Source of the DNA: Thermoanaerobaculales bacterium
GTDB taxonomy: Bacteria > Acidobacteriota > Thermoanaerobaculia > Thermoanaerobaculales > Sulfomarinibacteraceae
Length of the DNA: 64,000 nucleotides
Reading direction: 5' to 3'
Assembly (NCBI GenBank): GCA_029287235.1
Contig: JARFRM010000199.1
Span: 484 to 64,483, forward strand
Positions 53,906 through 63,222 of this stretch are shown in pieces (the first letter of the stretch is position 1; each line of letters starts with the position of its first letter). The position numbers were made by a program, and so were the translations under genes. The notes beneath the pieces are model-generated. The model was not told the origin of the DNA and searched no databases. It saw only the letters and a list, made by a program, of their open reading frames with translations.

Positions 53906-55324
53906 ATGACCGCCGATCTGAGCTTCTTCGATCAAGTCAACAAGAATTTCGATCGTGCCGCCGCGATGACCGAGCACCCACCAGGTCTTCTCGAACAGAT
54001 CAAGAGTGTCAACAGCGTGATTCACTTCACCTTTCCCCTCATTCGCGACGACAGTTCGCTCAAGGTCATCCACGCGTGGCGTGCCGAACACAGCCAACAC
54101 AAGCTCCCGACCAAGGGTGGAATCCGCTATGCCGCCAACGTCAACGAGGACGAGGTCATGGCGCTGTCAGCGTTGATGACCTACAAGTGCGCCATTGTCA
54201 ACGTCCCTTTCGGCGGCGCCAAGGGGGGGGTGAAGATCTCCGCCCACGAGTATTCGGTCGGCGAGCTCGAACGGATCACACGCAGATTCACCTTCGAACT
54301 CAACAAGAAAAACTTCATCGGCCCCGGCCTCGACGTCCCGGCGCCGGACTTTGCAACCAGCGGCCGCGAGATGGCCTGGATCGCCGATACCTACATGAGC
54401 CTCAACCCGCACGACATCGACGCCATGGGCTGCGTCACCGCCAAGCCCGTCGGCCAGGGCGGCATCCGCGGCCGCGTCGAGGCGACAGGGCGCGGCGTCT
54501 TTTTCGGCCTACGCGAAGTGTGCATCATTGTCGAAGATATGCGCGCGCTCGGCTTGACCCCGGGTCTCGAGGGCAAACGGGTCGTCGTACAGGGTCTGGG
54601 CAACGTGGGTTACCACGCGGCCAAGTTCATGCAGGAGGAGGGCGGGGCTGTCATCGTCGGCATGATCGAATACGAAGGATCGATCTCCAAACCCGACGGC
54701 ATCGATGTCGAGGCCCTCATGGCGCATCGCAGCGAAACCGGTTCGATCCTCGGTTTTCCCGGCGCCGAGGATCTTCCCAGCCGCGATGTCGGGCTCGAGC
54801 TCGACTGCGACATCCTGATCCCGGCGGCACTCGAGAACGCCATCACCATGGACAACGCCCCCCGAATCAAGGCAAAGATCATCGCCGAGGCGGCCAACGG
54901 TCCCATCAGCTCCGATGCGTCGGCCCACCTCTTCGAGCGCGGCGTAATGATCATCCCGGATGCCTATATCAACGCCGGCGGTGTCACGGTGTCATACTTC
55001 GAGTGGCTGAAGGATCTCCAACACGTTCGGTTCGGACGGATGGAGAAGCGCTTTGTCGAGAGTTCGAGTCGAAAGCTCTTGTCGGCAATCGAAAACTCCA
55101 CCAACCGGATCTTCTCCGACCAGGAGATCGCCGAGATCGCCAAGGGGCCGGGTGAAATCGACCTGGTCAACTCGGGGTTGGAGGAGACCATGATCGAGGC
55201 CTATCACGAGATCCGCGAGATCAAATGCGCCAAGGGTGACAACGTGGATCTTCGGACAGCGTCGATGATCGACGCCATCGACAAAGTTGCCGTGTCGTAC
55301 CGCGAGCTCGGGGTGTTCCCCTAG
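53906..55324 (+). CDS. Glu/Leu/Phe/Val-family dehydrogenase, most likely glutamate dehydrogenase
   Basis: KGGIRY, catalytic-Lys block PFGGAKGGV, and Rossmann loop [10 protein letters not shown]. Start at Met 53906. Confidence 0.88.
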   Translation: MTADLSFFDQVNKNFDRAAAMTEHPPGLLEQIKSVNSVIHFTFPLIRDDSSLKVIHAWRAEHSQHKLPTKGGIRYAANVNEDEVMALSALMTYKCAIVNVPFGGAKGGVKISAHEYSVGELERITRRFTFELNKKNFIGPGLDVPAPDFATSGREMAWIADTYMSLNPHDIDAMGCVTAKPVGQGGIRGRVEATGRGVFFGLREVCIIVEDMRALGLTPGLEGKRVVVQGLGNVGYHAAKFMQEEGGAVIVGMIEYEGSISKPDGIDVEALMAHRSETGSILGFPGAEDLPSRDVGLELDCDILIPAALENAITMDNAPRIKAKIIAEAANGPISSDASAHLFERGVMIIPDAYINAGGVTVSYFEWLKDLQHVRFGRMEKRFVESSSRKLLSAIENSTNRIFSDQEIAEIAKGPGEIDLVNSGLEETMIEAYHEIREIKCAKGDNVDLRTASMIDAIDKVAVSYRELGVFP

Positions 55325-55550
55325 GAATCATGTAGCGCATCGAGTCAGCGTCGCTTTTCGGGCGGCAATTGGCTCGATCTTAGGCGGTATCTTGGCCCAT
55401 ACCACCAGGATGAACCTGCGATCCCGCCTGAAATCGACCTCAATCGACGCTCAGAGATTTATCCACCATCTATGCGCTGCAGGCTCCTGGCCAAGCAACC
55501 CCTGCGAGGCTCGTCACAGACGCCAGATCGCTGCGGCTTTCGTTGCGACC

Positions 55551-56153
55551 TCAGCCCTCGAGGGTGATCGGGATGATGACTTCACTCTCTTCGAGGTCGA
55601 TGGTCAGCACGTACCGACCGGCCTGGACGCCTCCCGGGATTTCGAACAGGAACCTGCCCTCGCAGACCCGGAAATCGTTGACGGAGAACTCATCGAAGGC
55701 AACACCATCGCCGGGTGCGACATAGAACCGCATCAAGAACGTCTTCTTTCTCGGTTGCCAGTAGTTCATGGGATCGCGAACGACATCGGCCGCGTTCACA
55801 ATCGGCATGACAACGCCCCATGACTCGTTCACGTCCTTCTGAGTGGCGAGCGGGATCGTCTCCCCCGTGGGCGTCGTCACCGACACGTTCTCGCGTTTGA
55901 TCGTGGCGGTCTGATTCGGCGGAGACGTCATCGCCGCCTCGAGCACCAACCACTCTGAACCGAGATTCTGTTGGGCGTACCGGTAGCCGATGAGCGTCTC
56001 GGCCTCGGTGCCATTGTTCATCAGCATGTACTTGCCCATCCGATCGACCCCGGGGTCGTCGGTGGGTTCGGCAGACGAGCAACCGACGAGGCTGATGAGA
56101 GCCACCACGAGGAGGCCGAGAATCGGGATCTTCTTTCCGTCGATCGAGTACAT
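55551..56153 (-). CDS. hypothetical lipoprotein
   Basis: Met 56153 followed by LVVALISLVGCSS lipobox. No family recognised. Confidence 0.5.
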   Translation of the reverse strand: MYSIDGKKIPILGLLVVALISLVGCSSAEPTDDPGVDRMGKYMLMNNGTEAETLIGYRYAQQNLGSEWLVLEAAMTSPPNQTATIKRENVSVTTPTGETIPLATQKDVNESWGVVMPIVNAADVVRDPMNYWQPRKKTFLMRFYVAPGDGVAFDEFSVNDFRVCEGRFLFEIPGGVQAGRYVLTIDLEESEVIIPITLEG

Positions 56154-56482
56154 TTCGTCCCCTTTCATCCACTGATTCGGATAAATGTTTGCAATCATGA
56201 TGCCAACCGGAGTTATACCACTGATCGGCGTCCTCCCATCAGACCCGGCGGGAAACGCATGTAAAATCCCGTAAAACTCTGCTCATCGGCCGCTCTCTGG
56301 AGGGGACACGGCGATCACTCAGGGCGACAGTCCGCAACCCGGCGGCGATCCGTCACGATGGCTCGAACGGGCACATGAGGGGTAGGCTATACTGCCGGGG
56401 GTTTTGTTGATCCGCGGGGCCGTAGCGGCCATCGCAGATCCGAGTCGTCCCCCTAGAACATCACATCGAGACGGAGAGTTTC

Positions 56483-57535
56483 ATGAGCCAGCCGAGGTAC
56501 TACTTTCCCGGGGACCGCCGAAAAGCCGATCTTGATTTTGCCAATCTGGGCTTTGACTACACGCCGTGCCCGTACCGTTTCGAAGCGGTCTTTCAGCACG
56601 GCGTCTGGCGGGTCCGGGGTCTCGTGGAAGACACCGACATGAGAATCCCGGAGGGCAGTCAGTGTCTCCACTACGGACAAGAACTCTTCGAAGGGATGAA
56701 GGTTCACAGCGGCCCTGACGGGCGAGTCTACGCCTTCCGTCCTCTTGAGAACGCTCGCCGTCTCAATCAAGGGGCCCGCTACCTCTGCGGCCCGGAGGTA
56801 CCCGAGGAGCTCTTTGTCCGCGGTATCGAAGAGGTCGCGGCTGCCAACCTGCCCTACATCCCGCCACACGGCAGCGGAGCGGCGCTCTATGTGCGACCCT
56901 TTTACCTGGGCATCGGCCACAACGTCGGCGTCAAACCGGCGAAGAGGTACGTCTTCAGAATCTTCGTCACCCCGGTGGGGCCCTATTTCAAGGGTGGTTT
57001 CGGTCCCGATCAAGGCAAGGATTTCATGGTGAGTCGGCTCGATCGCGCCGCTCCTCAGGGCTCCGGCTATGTCAAGGCCGGCGGCAACTACGCCTGCTCG
57101 TTCACTCCCGGGCAAGAGGCGAAGGACGGTGGTTTCGTCGAGGCTCTGTATCTCGACCCCCGAGAGCACCGTTATATCGAGGAGATCGGCGCCGCCAACT
57201 TCCTCGGTTTCCGCGATGGCGTTCTGATCACACCGAAATCACAGAGTGTGCTCCGGTCGATCACCCGGATCTCGCTCCTGGAGATCGCCTCGACTTCGTT
57301 CGGCTGGTCCACCGAGGAACGCAAAATCGCACTCGATGAGCTCGGTGAGTTGGAGTCCGCGGCCTGCTGCGGCACCGCCGCCGTGATCTCGTGGATCTCA
57401 CGAATCGCGGACGCCGATCGCGAGTGGTTATTCGATTTCGACGAGCGTTGGCAACGGCTCTACGACTCCCTGATCGACATCCAGACCGGGCGCGGCGAGG
57501 ATCCATACGGCTGGCGGCACGAGATCCCGGTCTAG
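56483..57535 (+). CDS. ilvE: branched-chain amino acid aminotransferase (fold type IV)
   Basis: FEGMKV, LYVRPF, KAGGNYA and EEIGAANFF-like blocks typical of the roughly 350-aa IlvE form. Confidence 0.88.
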   Translation: MSQPRYYFPGDRRKADLDFANLGFDYTPCPYRFEAVFQHGVWRVRGLVEDTDMRIPEGSQCLHYGQELFEGMKVHSGPDGRVYAFRPLENARRLNQGARYLCGPEVPEELFVRGIEEVAAANLPYIPPHGSGAALYVRPFYLGIGHNVGVKPAKRYVFRIFVTPVGPYFKGGFGPDQGKDFMVSRLDRAAPQGSGYVKAGGNYACSFTPGQEAKDGGFVEALYLDPREHRYIEEIGAANFLGFRDGVLITPKSQSVLRSITRISLLEIASTSFGWSTEERKIALDELGELESAACCGTAAVISWISRIADADREWLFDFDERWQRLYDSLIDIQTGRGEDPYGWRHEIPV

Positions 57536-57876
57536 CCGGCGCTGAGGGCGGCTACGGCCTGGGCGCGATCGCCATAAATCGGAACGATCTCGTCGAGGCG
57601 CGTCAGTTCGAAGAGCTTGCGCAGACGCCTGGCGGGGTTGATGAACGCGAGTCGCCGTCCCTGTTCTTCGAATCTCTGGAGATAACCGACGAGCTCGCCG
57701 AGCCCGGTCGAGTCCACGTGGTCGATTCCTTCGAGGTCAATCAGAACCGGTTTGGTGCCTTCGGACAAGACCTGGCCGAGATAGCCCGAAAACGTCTTCG
57801 CCGATTCACCGAGCTTGATCACCCCCCGTACGACGACTATCGTGACGTCGCCCTCTTCTACCCGTTCGATCTCCAT
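57532..57876 (-). CDS. STAS-domain anti-sigma-factor antagonist (SpoIIAA-like)
   Basis: DLEGIDHVDSTGLGELV phospho-Ser region. GAGGAGG SD before ATG 57876. Confidence 0.8.
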   Translation of the reverse strand: MEIERVEEGDVTIVVVRGVIKLGESAKTFSGYLGQVLSEGTKPVLIDLEGIDHVDSTGLGELVGYLQRFEEQGRRLAFINPARRLRKLFELTRLDEIVPIYGDRAQAVAALSAG

Positions 57877-57975
57877 GTCGCCTCCTCGCGGCTCGCGCCG
57901 AACCCCAGTCAACACCGTTGGTCGAGATGAGTCATCAGATCCTGCCGTTGTGCAATGGTAACACCCCATTGGGCG

Positions 57976-58410
57976 CTACCGCCTTCCCGGAGTCGACGGT
58001 TCCGGTTCCTGCGTCAGACCCGCCGCATCACACGCCCTACGTCGCTCCTCGAGATCTCGCTCGACGATCAGGCAGCCCGCTTTTTCGACCGATGAGAGCA
58101 GTTCCGGCACCGAGTTCAGGATCACGACATCGAGAAACACATCTTCCGGCAACGCCCGCGCAACCGCCTCGGAAACAAGGTTGAGAGCCGCCCGAAGAGA
58201 ACCCACGGCCTCGGGAACCAGCCAGACAAAAAGAGTCAAGTGTGGTTTCTCCTGATGGCCCACCACTTCGACCTGCGGGAGATGGGCAAACGCGACGTCC
58301 GGGCACGACGCCAGCTCCCTCCGCAACCATTCTTCGATCCCGGGATCGAGACCGATCTCCGGCGCCTCGATGATGATCTCCGGATCACGAGCCATTGGTG
58401 TGTCCGTCAC
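57976..58410 (-). CDS. hypothetical protein
   Basis: 144-aa ORF with coding-like composition. Faint resemblance to SseB C-terminal-type domains, but not enough to call. Confidence 0.4.
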   Translation of the reverse strand: MTDTPMARDPEIIIEAPEIGLDPGIEEWLRRELASCPDVAFAHLPQVEVVGHQEKPHLTLFVWLVPEAVGSLRAALNLVSEAVARALPEDVFLDVVILNSVPELLSSVEKAGCLIVERDLEERRRACDAAGLTQEPEPSTPGRR

Positions 58411-58477
58411 ACCAGAGATCTTATCTCGGATCGTGCCCGTCGGCTCGATTCATGGTCGGAAGTGCTACCGTCGAAAG

Positions 58478-59419
58478 GTGATCAGGACTGTGGCCTTCAT
58501 CCTGGCTTGCTTGACCGGCTTCGGTGTGGTTGCGGCACGGGATCTGGAATCGGCCCTCGATCAGGCCAGGCAACTCGGTCAGGAACACCGGTACAGCGAC
58601 GTCATCGAGCTCCTGACCCACTTCCAGGACTTGGAAGACCCAGAAGCCCAATATGTACTGGCGGCCGAGATCGGTCGAGCCCATTACCATCTCGGGGACT
58701 ACCAGACCGCCAACAGCTATTTCCGCCGGGCGGTGATTCTCCGACCCCAGCGGGTGGAGACCGCTCTCTACCTCCAGGCGACCTCCTATCTCACCGGCGA
58801 CCGCGAGCAGGCCTACGTCATCTTTCGCGAGATCGTGGCCGGCGGCGCCACGGACCTGTATCTCGCAGTGACGCTGCCGGGAGAACGCATCTTCCTCGCC
58901 GATCCCGTGGTGTGGAAGATCCTCGATGAGCTCGCCACCCCGGTTGAGGTCGATGTGGATCGAGGCTCGGTCTTCGACATCGAGTTGGGACAGACGCGGG
59001 CCGATGTGGAGCGCCGTCTCGGCGCCGAAATCGCCTCCACCGGAGACGCCCTCACCGCCCGAGCCGGCCCAAACTTGACGTTGGCCTATGGTTTTGACGC
59101 CTCGGGGACCCTGAGTCAGATCATGCTGCACAACCAGCACCTGCTGCGTTACACACCCTACCGTCTTCACATCGGTCCCGACCTCGACTCGCGGGCGACC
59201 CCCGCGATGGCCACCGCGGCTCTCGGTGCGCCGAAATCGACATCCACCAGCGGTGACGAAATCGTCATCATGGTTTGGCTCCGTCAACGCCTGCGTCTCA
59301 CCCTCGAGTTCGCACCGCCTCCGGCCCCGGCTCCGCCGGGACTTGCGGCCGACAAACCGATCCTCAGGGTGGTGAAGATGGAAGCATTCGAGCCTCCTGC
59401 TGAAGACCCGCAACCCTGA
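58478..59419 (+). CDS. TPR-repeat secreted protein
   Basis: Signal-like VAFILACLTGFGVVAA, then TPR-like helices (AEIGRAHYHLGDYQTANSYFRRAV). Start uncertain (GTG 58478 or 58490). The ATG at 58370 would overlap the divergent gene. Confidence 0.55.
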   Translation: MIRTVAFILACLTGFGVVAARDLESALDQARQLGQEHRYSDVIELLTHFQDLEDPEAQYVLAAEIGRAHYHLGDYQTANSYFRRAVILRPQRVETALYLQATSYLTGDREQAYVIFREIVAGGATDLYLAVTLPGERIFLADPVVWKILDELATPVEVDVDRGSVFDIELGQTRADVERRLGAEIASTGDALTARAGPNLTLAYGFDASGTLSQIMLHNQHLLRYTPYRLHIGPDLDSRATPAMATAALGAPKSTSTSGDEIVIMVWLRQRLRLTLEFAPPPAPAPPGLAADKPILRVVKMEAFEPPAEDPQP

Positions 59420-59501
59420 GATGGATGCCGGATGCCAGGCAGCGGGTGGCTCCCGCAGCCAACCCGACCTCACGCCCTCACACCTCTGCTAGCATGAATC
59501 C

Positions 59502-60074
59502 ATGGACACGGCTGACTCCCTCATCGGCAAGTTCCTCATCGCCATGCCATCGCTCGGCGATCCAAACTTCCGGCGATCGGTTGTGCTCCTCGGTGCTCAC
59601 TCCCTCGAGGAAGGCGCCTTCGGTCTGATTGTCAACCGTCCACTCGACATCGAGCTCTCGGAGATCCTTGATGAGCTGGGTCTCGAGGCGCCGAAAACCG
59701 ATCTCCCTCGCGTTCTCGCCGGCGGCCCGGTCGAACCGGGCCACGGTTTCGTGATCTTCGATCTCGCCGACCGGCCGCCGGAGAGCGACGACCTGCTTCT
59801 TCCCGAGGGTCTGACGGTCTCGGGAAACACAGAGACCCTCGCCGCCTTCGCGAGCGGCGGACGCTCCGGAATGTACTCGCTGATTCTTGGCTACTCGGGG
59901 TGGTATCCAGGCCAACTTGAAACCGAGATCGAGGAAAATTCCTGGCTCGTGGCTCCCCTCACAACCTCCATCGTCTTCGACGTTCCCTACGAGGACCGGT
60001 GGGTGGCGGCCCTGCAGAGCATCGGCGTCGATCCGGGAACGTTGGTGGACTCCGGCTCCGCCACCCCCGCATGA
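59502..60074 (+). CDS. yqgE: YqgE/AlgH-family protein (UPF0301)
   Basis: GKFLIAMPSLGDPNFRRSVVLLGAHSLEEGAFGLIVNRP is the family N-terminal signature. Confidence 0.88.
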   Translation: MDTADSLIGKFLIAMPSLGDPNFRRSVVLLGAHSLEEGAFGLIVNRPLDIELSEILDELGLEAPKTDLPRVLAGGPVEPGHGFVIFDLADRPPESDDLLLPEGLTVSGNTETLAAFASGGRSGMYSLILGYSGWYPGQLETEIEENSWLVAPLTTSIVFDVPYEDRWVAALQSIGVDPGTLVDSGSATPA

Positions 60075-60146
60075 ACAAGGCTGACGACCAATGCCTTGTC
60101 AGCCTTGTTGACGCAGAAATAACCGCCCGGCTCGGAGCCGGGCGGT
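60075..60146 (+). terminator. two consecutive GC hairpins after yqgE
   Basis: ACAAGGCTGAC/GTCAGCCTTGT forms a perfect 11-bp stem with a 12-nt loop (60075-60108). ACCGCCCGG/CCGGGCGGT follows (60122-60146). Neither has a clear U tract. Confidence 0.4.
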
Positions 60147-60348
60147 GAGCTTGAGGCGGGAGGGGCGGTTCAGCTCAGCAGGCAGGACCATAACGAAAGG
60201 AAAATATGGTTGGCCGAATGGGGTTGGCCGATATAAATGGTAGGCTCAAGGTGGAAAGCCTTCCCGGATCCCTCCCTTTTTCTTATTGGAAGTTAATTAT
60301 AGCCCCTAGACACCCCGGTTGTCCAGTGAGAATTTAGGGCAATCTCGA

Positions 60349-61293
60349 TCAGCCGCGACTCGCCTCGCGGAGCCCTGCGGCCAGTCCCATGAGGTAATGA
60401 CCATCAAGAAGCCTGCGGTAAACGCGACCGCCGGCGAATCCGTGGAGACGCTCACCCAGGGCGATCCAGACCCGGAGAAAGGGCCGTTCCAGAACCGTTC
60501 GCCAACCCGCTTCATGGACGCGCGGGACCCCGAGAAAGCCCTCGAGCTCCGGATGGAGACGGGCAAAAATCGCTGCGGACCTCCCCGACTTCTGCTGCCG
60601 CTCGCAGAACGTGGCGACCCGAATTCGGTGATGGTGAATGACCCTTGCCCGGGGTTGGTACCTGAGCGACAGACCCGAGTCCATCGCGCGGTAGGCGAAC
60701 TCGATATCCTCCCACGCAGCCGCCGGGAAATCCTCTCGGAAGCCTCCGAGATTTCTGAAGTACCGACGCGGAATCGAGATGTTCGACGTGTAGAAGAAGT
60801 TGAACGGCACTTCCGTCGGATCGTCGATCAGTGCATACCCGAACTGAGCACCATACTCGTTGATCCAACGCAGGAACGGACTGGAATCCCCGGCCGGGAA
60901 CGCCGTGTATCCGAGAACGGCGAGGGGTCGATTCAAGCCTCGGATACGGTGAGCTTCCAGGTGTTCGCACAACCATCCGGGCTGCGGCACCGTGTCGTCA
61001 CCGAGAAAAATCACGACGCTTCCCTCGGACACCTCGACCCCTCGATTCCTCGCTCGAGCCGGACCGGAATTCCTCTGGTGCAGCCTGAGCACGCCGAGAT
61101 CGGAGGAGTGGGAATCAAGCCAAGCGCCCGTGCCATCCGTCGAGCCGTCGTCCACGACAACGATCTGGCACGGGGACCGCAGAGCATCCACCTGTTCGCG
61201 CAATGCTTGGATGACACGCTGAAGGTCGTTCAGACGATTGAAGGTCGGCACCACCACGCTTGCGGTCGGGAAGATTCGTGGATCATCGGTCAT
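60349..61293 (-). CDS. family 2 glycosyltransferase
   Basis: SVVVPTFNRLNDL start, VVDDGSTDGT, and a DxD-like region. Confidence 0.85.
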   Translation of the reverse strand: MTDDPRIFPTASVVVPTFNRLNDLQRVIQALREQVDALRSPCQIVVVDDGSTDGTGAWLDSHSSDLGVLRLHQRNSGPARARNRGVEVSEGSVVIFLGDDTVPQPGWLCEHLEAHRIRGLNRPLAVLGYTAFPAGDSSPFLRWINEYGAQFGYALIDDPTEVPFNFFYTSNISIPRRYFRNLGGFREDFPAAAWEDIEFAYRAMDSGLSLRYQPRARVIHHHRIRVATFCERQQKSGRSAAIFARLHPELEGFLGVPRVHEAGWRTVLERPFLRVWIALGERLHGFAGGRVYRRLLDGHYLMGLAAGLREASRG

Positions 61294-61309
61294 TCGGTCG
61301 GCACCTCAA

Positions 61310-62476
61310 TCAGAAATCGTCATTTCGGCCGGCGGATCGCGGAATCGCCGGCGAGAGCCGCGCGAGAAACTCGTAGTTGATCGTGCCGCAAAGATCGGCC
61401 AGGTCCTCCACCGTGATGGCGAAACCACCGTCAGCCCCGACAAGGGTCACCTGATCACCAACCTCGACGTCTGGTATATCCGTCACGTCGATCATGAAAA
61501 TGTTCATGCAAATCCGACCGACAACGGGCGCGGCCCGGCCACGGACTCCAACCCGCGCCCGATTGCCCAAGGCCCGCGAATAACCATCGGCATACCCGAC
61601 CGGAATCACGCCCAACACCGTTTCTCGTAACGCCGTCCACGTCCGCCCATAACCCACGGACTCGCCCTTGGCGACCCTCTGCAGTTGGCCCACCACGGCG
61701 CGCCAGCTGAGCACGGGGCGCAGCTGAAGGCCGTCCCGTCCGTGTTCCAGGATCCATGACAACTTGGTCTCCCGGGACGGCCAGTGTCCGTACATGGAAA
61801 TGCCCACTCTCGCCATCGTGAAATCGGTATCTCGAAACAGCAGTGACGCAGCCGAACACGCGGCATGGACAAAGGGCGGCTCGCCACCGACCAGCCCAGT
61901 CGCCCGTTCGACAGCCCGGTGGAAACGCTCGAGCTGTGTGTGTGCGAATTCGTGTTCCAAGGTGTCTTCGATGTTGGCGAAATGGGTCGCCAATCCAACT
62001 ACATCGAGTCGATGCATCGCGGCGACTCGTATCACTTCATCAATCGCGGAGACTGTGATGCCTTGACGTTTTGTCCCGGTGTCGATCTTCAGGTGAATCG
62101 GGAGCGATACGCCACTCCGGTCGCGATAGTCGGCAACCGATCCCATTGCGGGGATCGATGAAATCAAGAGATGGATGTCGCTGTCGAGGTCCCTGAGCTC
62201 TCCCGGGGGCACGAAACCCATGACCAGGATCGGTTGCCTCACCCCGATCTCACGCAAGCTCCTGGCTTCACCGGCCGTGTGAACCCCAAACCAATCAAGA
62301 TGCTCGGCGGCAAGTCCTGAAATCTCGCCGAGACCGTGACCATAGGCGTTGGCCTTCACCACTCCGAGCAGAAGCGTATCGGAAGAGAGAATCGAACGAA
62401 ATATGCCCACATTGTGCGCCAATGCGGCGCCGTCAAGCTCAATCCACTGAGTTGATGAGGGTCGAAGTTCCGACAT
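61310..62476 (-). CDS. alr: alanine racemase
   Basis: PLP-Lys motif GVVKANAYGHG and C-terminal beta domain GYGRTW...PVGYADGY. Confidence 0.9.
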   Translation of the reverse strand: MSELRPSSTQWIELDGAALAHNVGIFRSILSSDTLLLGVVKANAYGHGLGEISGLAAEHLDWFGVHTAGEARSLREIGVRQPILVMGFVPPGELRDLDSDIHLLISSIPAMGSVADYRDRSGVSLPIHLKIDTGTKRQGITVSAIDEVIRVAAMHRLDVVGLATHFANIEDTLEHEFAHTQLERFHRAVERATGLVGGEPPFVHAACSAASLLFRDTDFTMARVGISMYGHWPSRETKLSWILEHGRDGLQLRPVLSWRAVVGQLQRVAKGESVGYGRTWTALRETVLGVIPVGYADGYSRALGNRARVGVRGRAAPVVGRICMNIFMIDVTDIPDVEVGDQVTLVGADGGFAITVEDLADLCGTINYEFLARLSPAIPRSAGRNDDF

Positions 62477-62771
62477 CCTTTGCAGTGTATCGCGTTGCCC
62501 CGGCGAACGCCACGAAACGGCTCAACACCTTAGATTTCTGCCGGACATCCACCCAAAAAGACCCGGTTCAAGGAGGGCTTTTGACACACAGAGGCCACAT
62601 CACATCCGACTCGCAACAATGAGCGAGTGCACCGTTTCACAAAAAGATATTCGAATGAGAATAACGCGAGAAATGCCCATGGGCACGCCAAAAGCAAAGA
62701 AATTTCCAGATTGATGAGAAGATACCTTCGAATTATTGAAACTACTCTTCGCGAGTTTCCGTTGAATATTC

Positions 62772-62800
62772 TTGACATAAGACTGAATTTTATGTAGCTT
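62772..62800 (+). promoter_or_regulatory. candidate sigma70-type promoter for the 62827 gene
   Basis: TTGACA (62772-62777), 17-nt spacer, TAGCTT (62795-62800). GGAGG lies 6 nt before ATG 62827. Confidence 0.45.
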
Positions 62801-62826
62801 AAAAGTGATCCCTTCGGAGGTGGTCT

Positions 62827-63213
62827 ATGGCTTTTGAGAAATTCGTGCCTCCACAAGCTGCCGGGACTCGTCCGAGAGCGACCATTCGACCGAGTGGTCT
62901 CATTTCTTTTGACGCTGCGTCCGTGGCCGCTTTCGGCCTCGAGTCAGCCAAGTTCGCGATTCTGTTTTTTGACAAGACTCGGAAGATCATTGGCGTGAAA
63001 ATCTCCAAGAAGAACGACGAAGAAGGTGCACTTCAGATGTCGAGAAGACGGAGATCCGTAAGCCTGAAATCGCCCCAGTTCTTTCATCAATACGGACTTT
63101 CCATCGATGAGAGCCAGCGATTTGAAGTGGCCCGTGACCCTGCGGACGGCATGCTCTTGATCGGGGTCAAGGATGTCAAGAGACGCCGGGGCCGACGCCC
63201 GAAAAAGGCCTGA
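62827..63213 (+). CDS. hypothetical small basic protein with internal duplication and AT-hook-like tail
   Basis: 128 aa. The two halves share the pattern (F/Y)GL..(K/R)F.(I/V)..D...(I/L)IGVK. C-terminus is KRRRGRRPKKA. Visibly lower GC than its neighbours, with a good promoter and SD. Confidence 0.55.
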   Translation: MAFEKFVPPQAAGTRPRATIRPSGLISFDAASVAAFGLESAKFAILFFDKTRKIIGVKISKKNDEEGALQMSRRRRSVSLKSPQFFHQYGLSIDESQRFEVARDPADGMLLIGVKDVKRRRGRRPKKA

Positions 63214-63222
63214 GCTTCGGGC

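Noticed and set aside
62530-62856. 108-aa minus-strand ORF in the AT-rich island.
   Set aside because: It has no SD or promoter, a low-complexity hydrophobic composition, and overlaps the promoter and start of the better-supported plus-strand gene.
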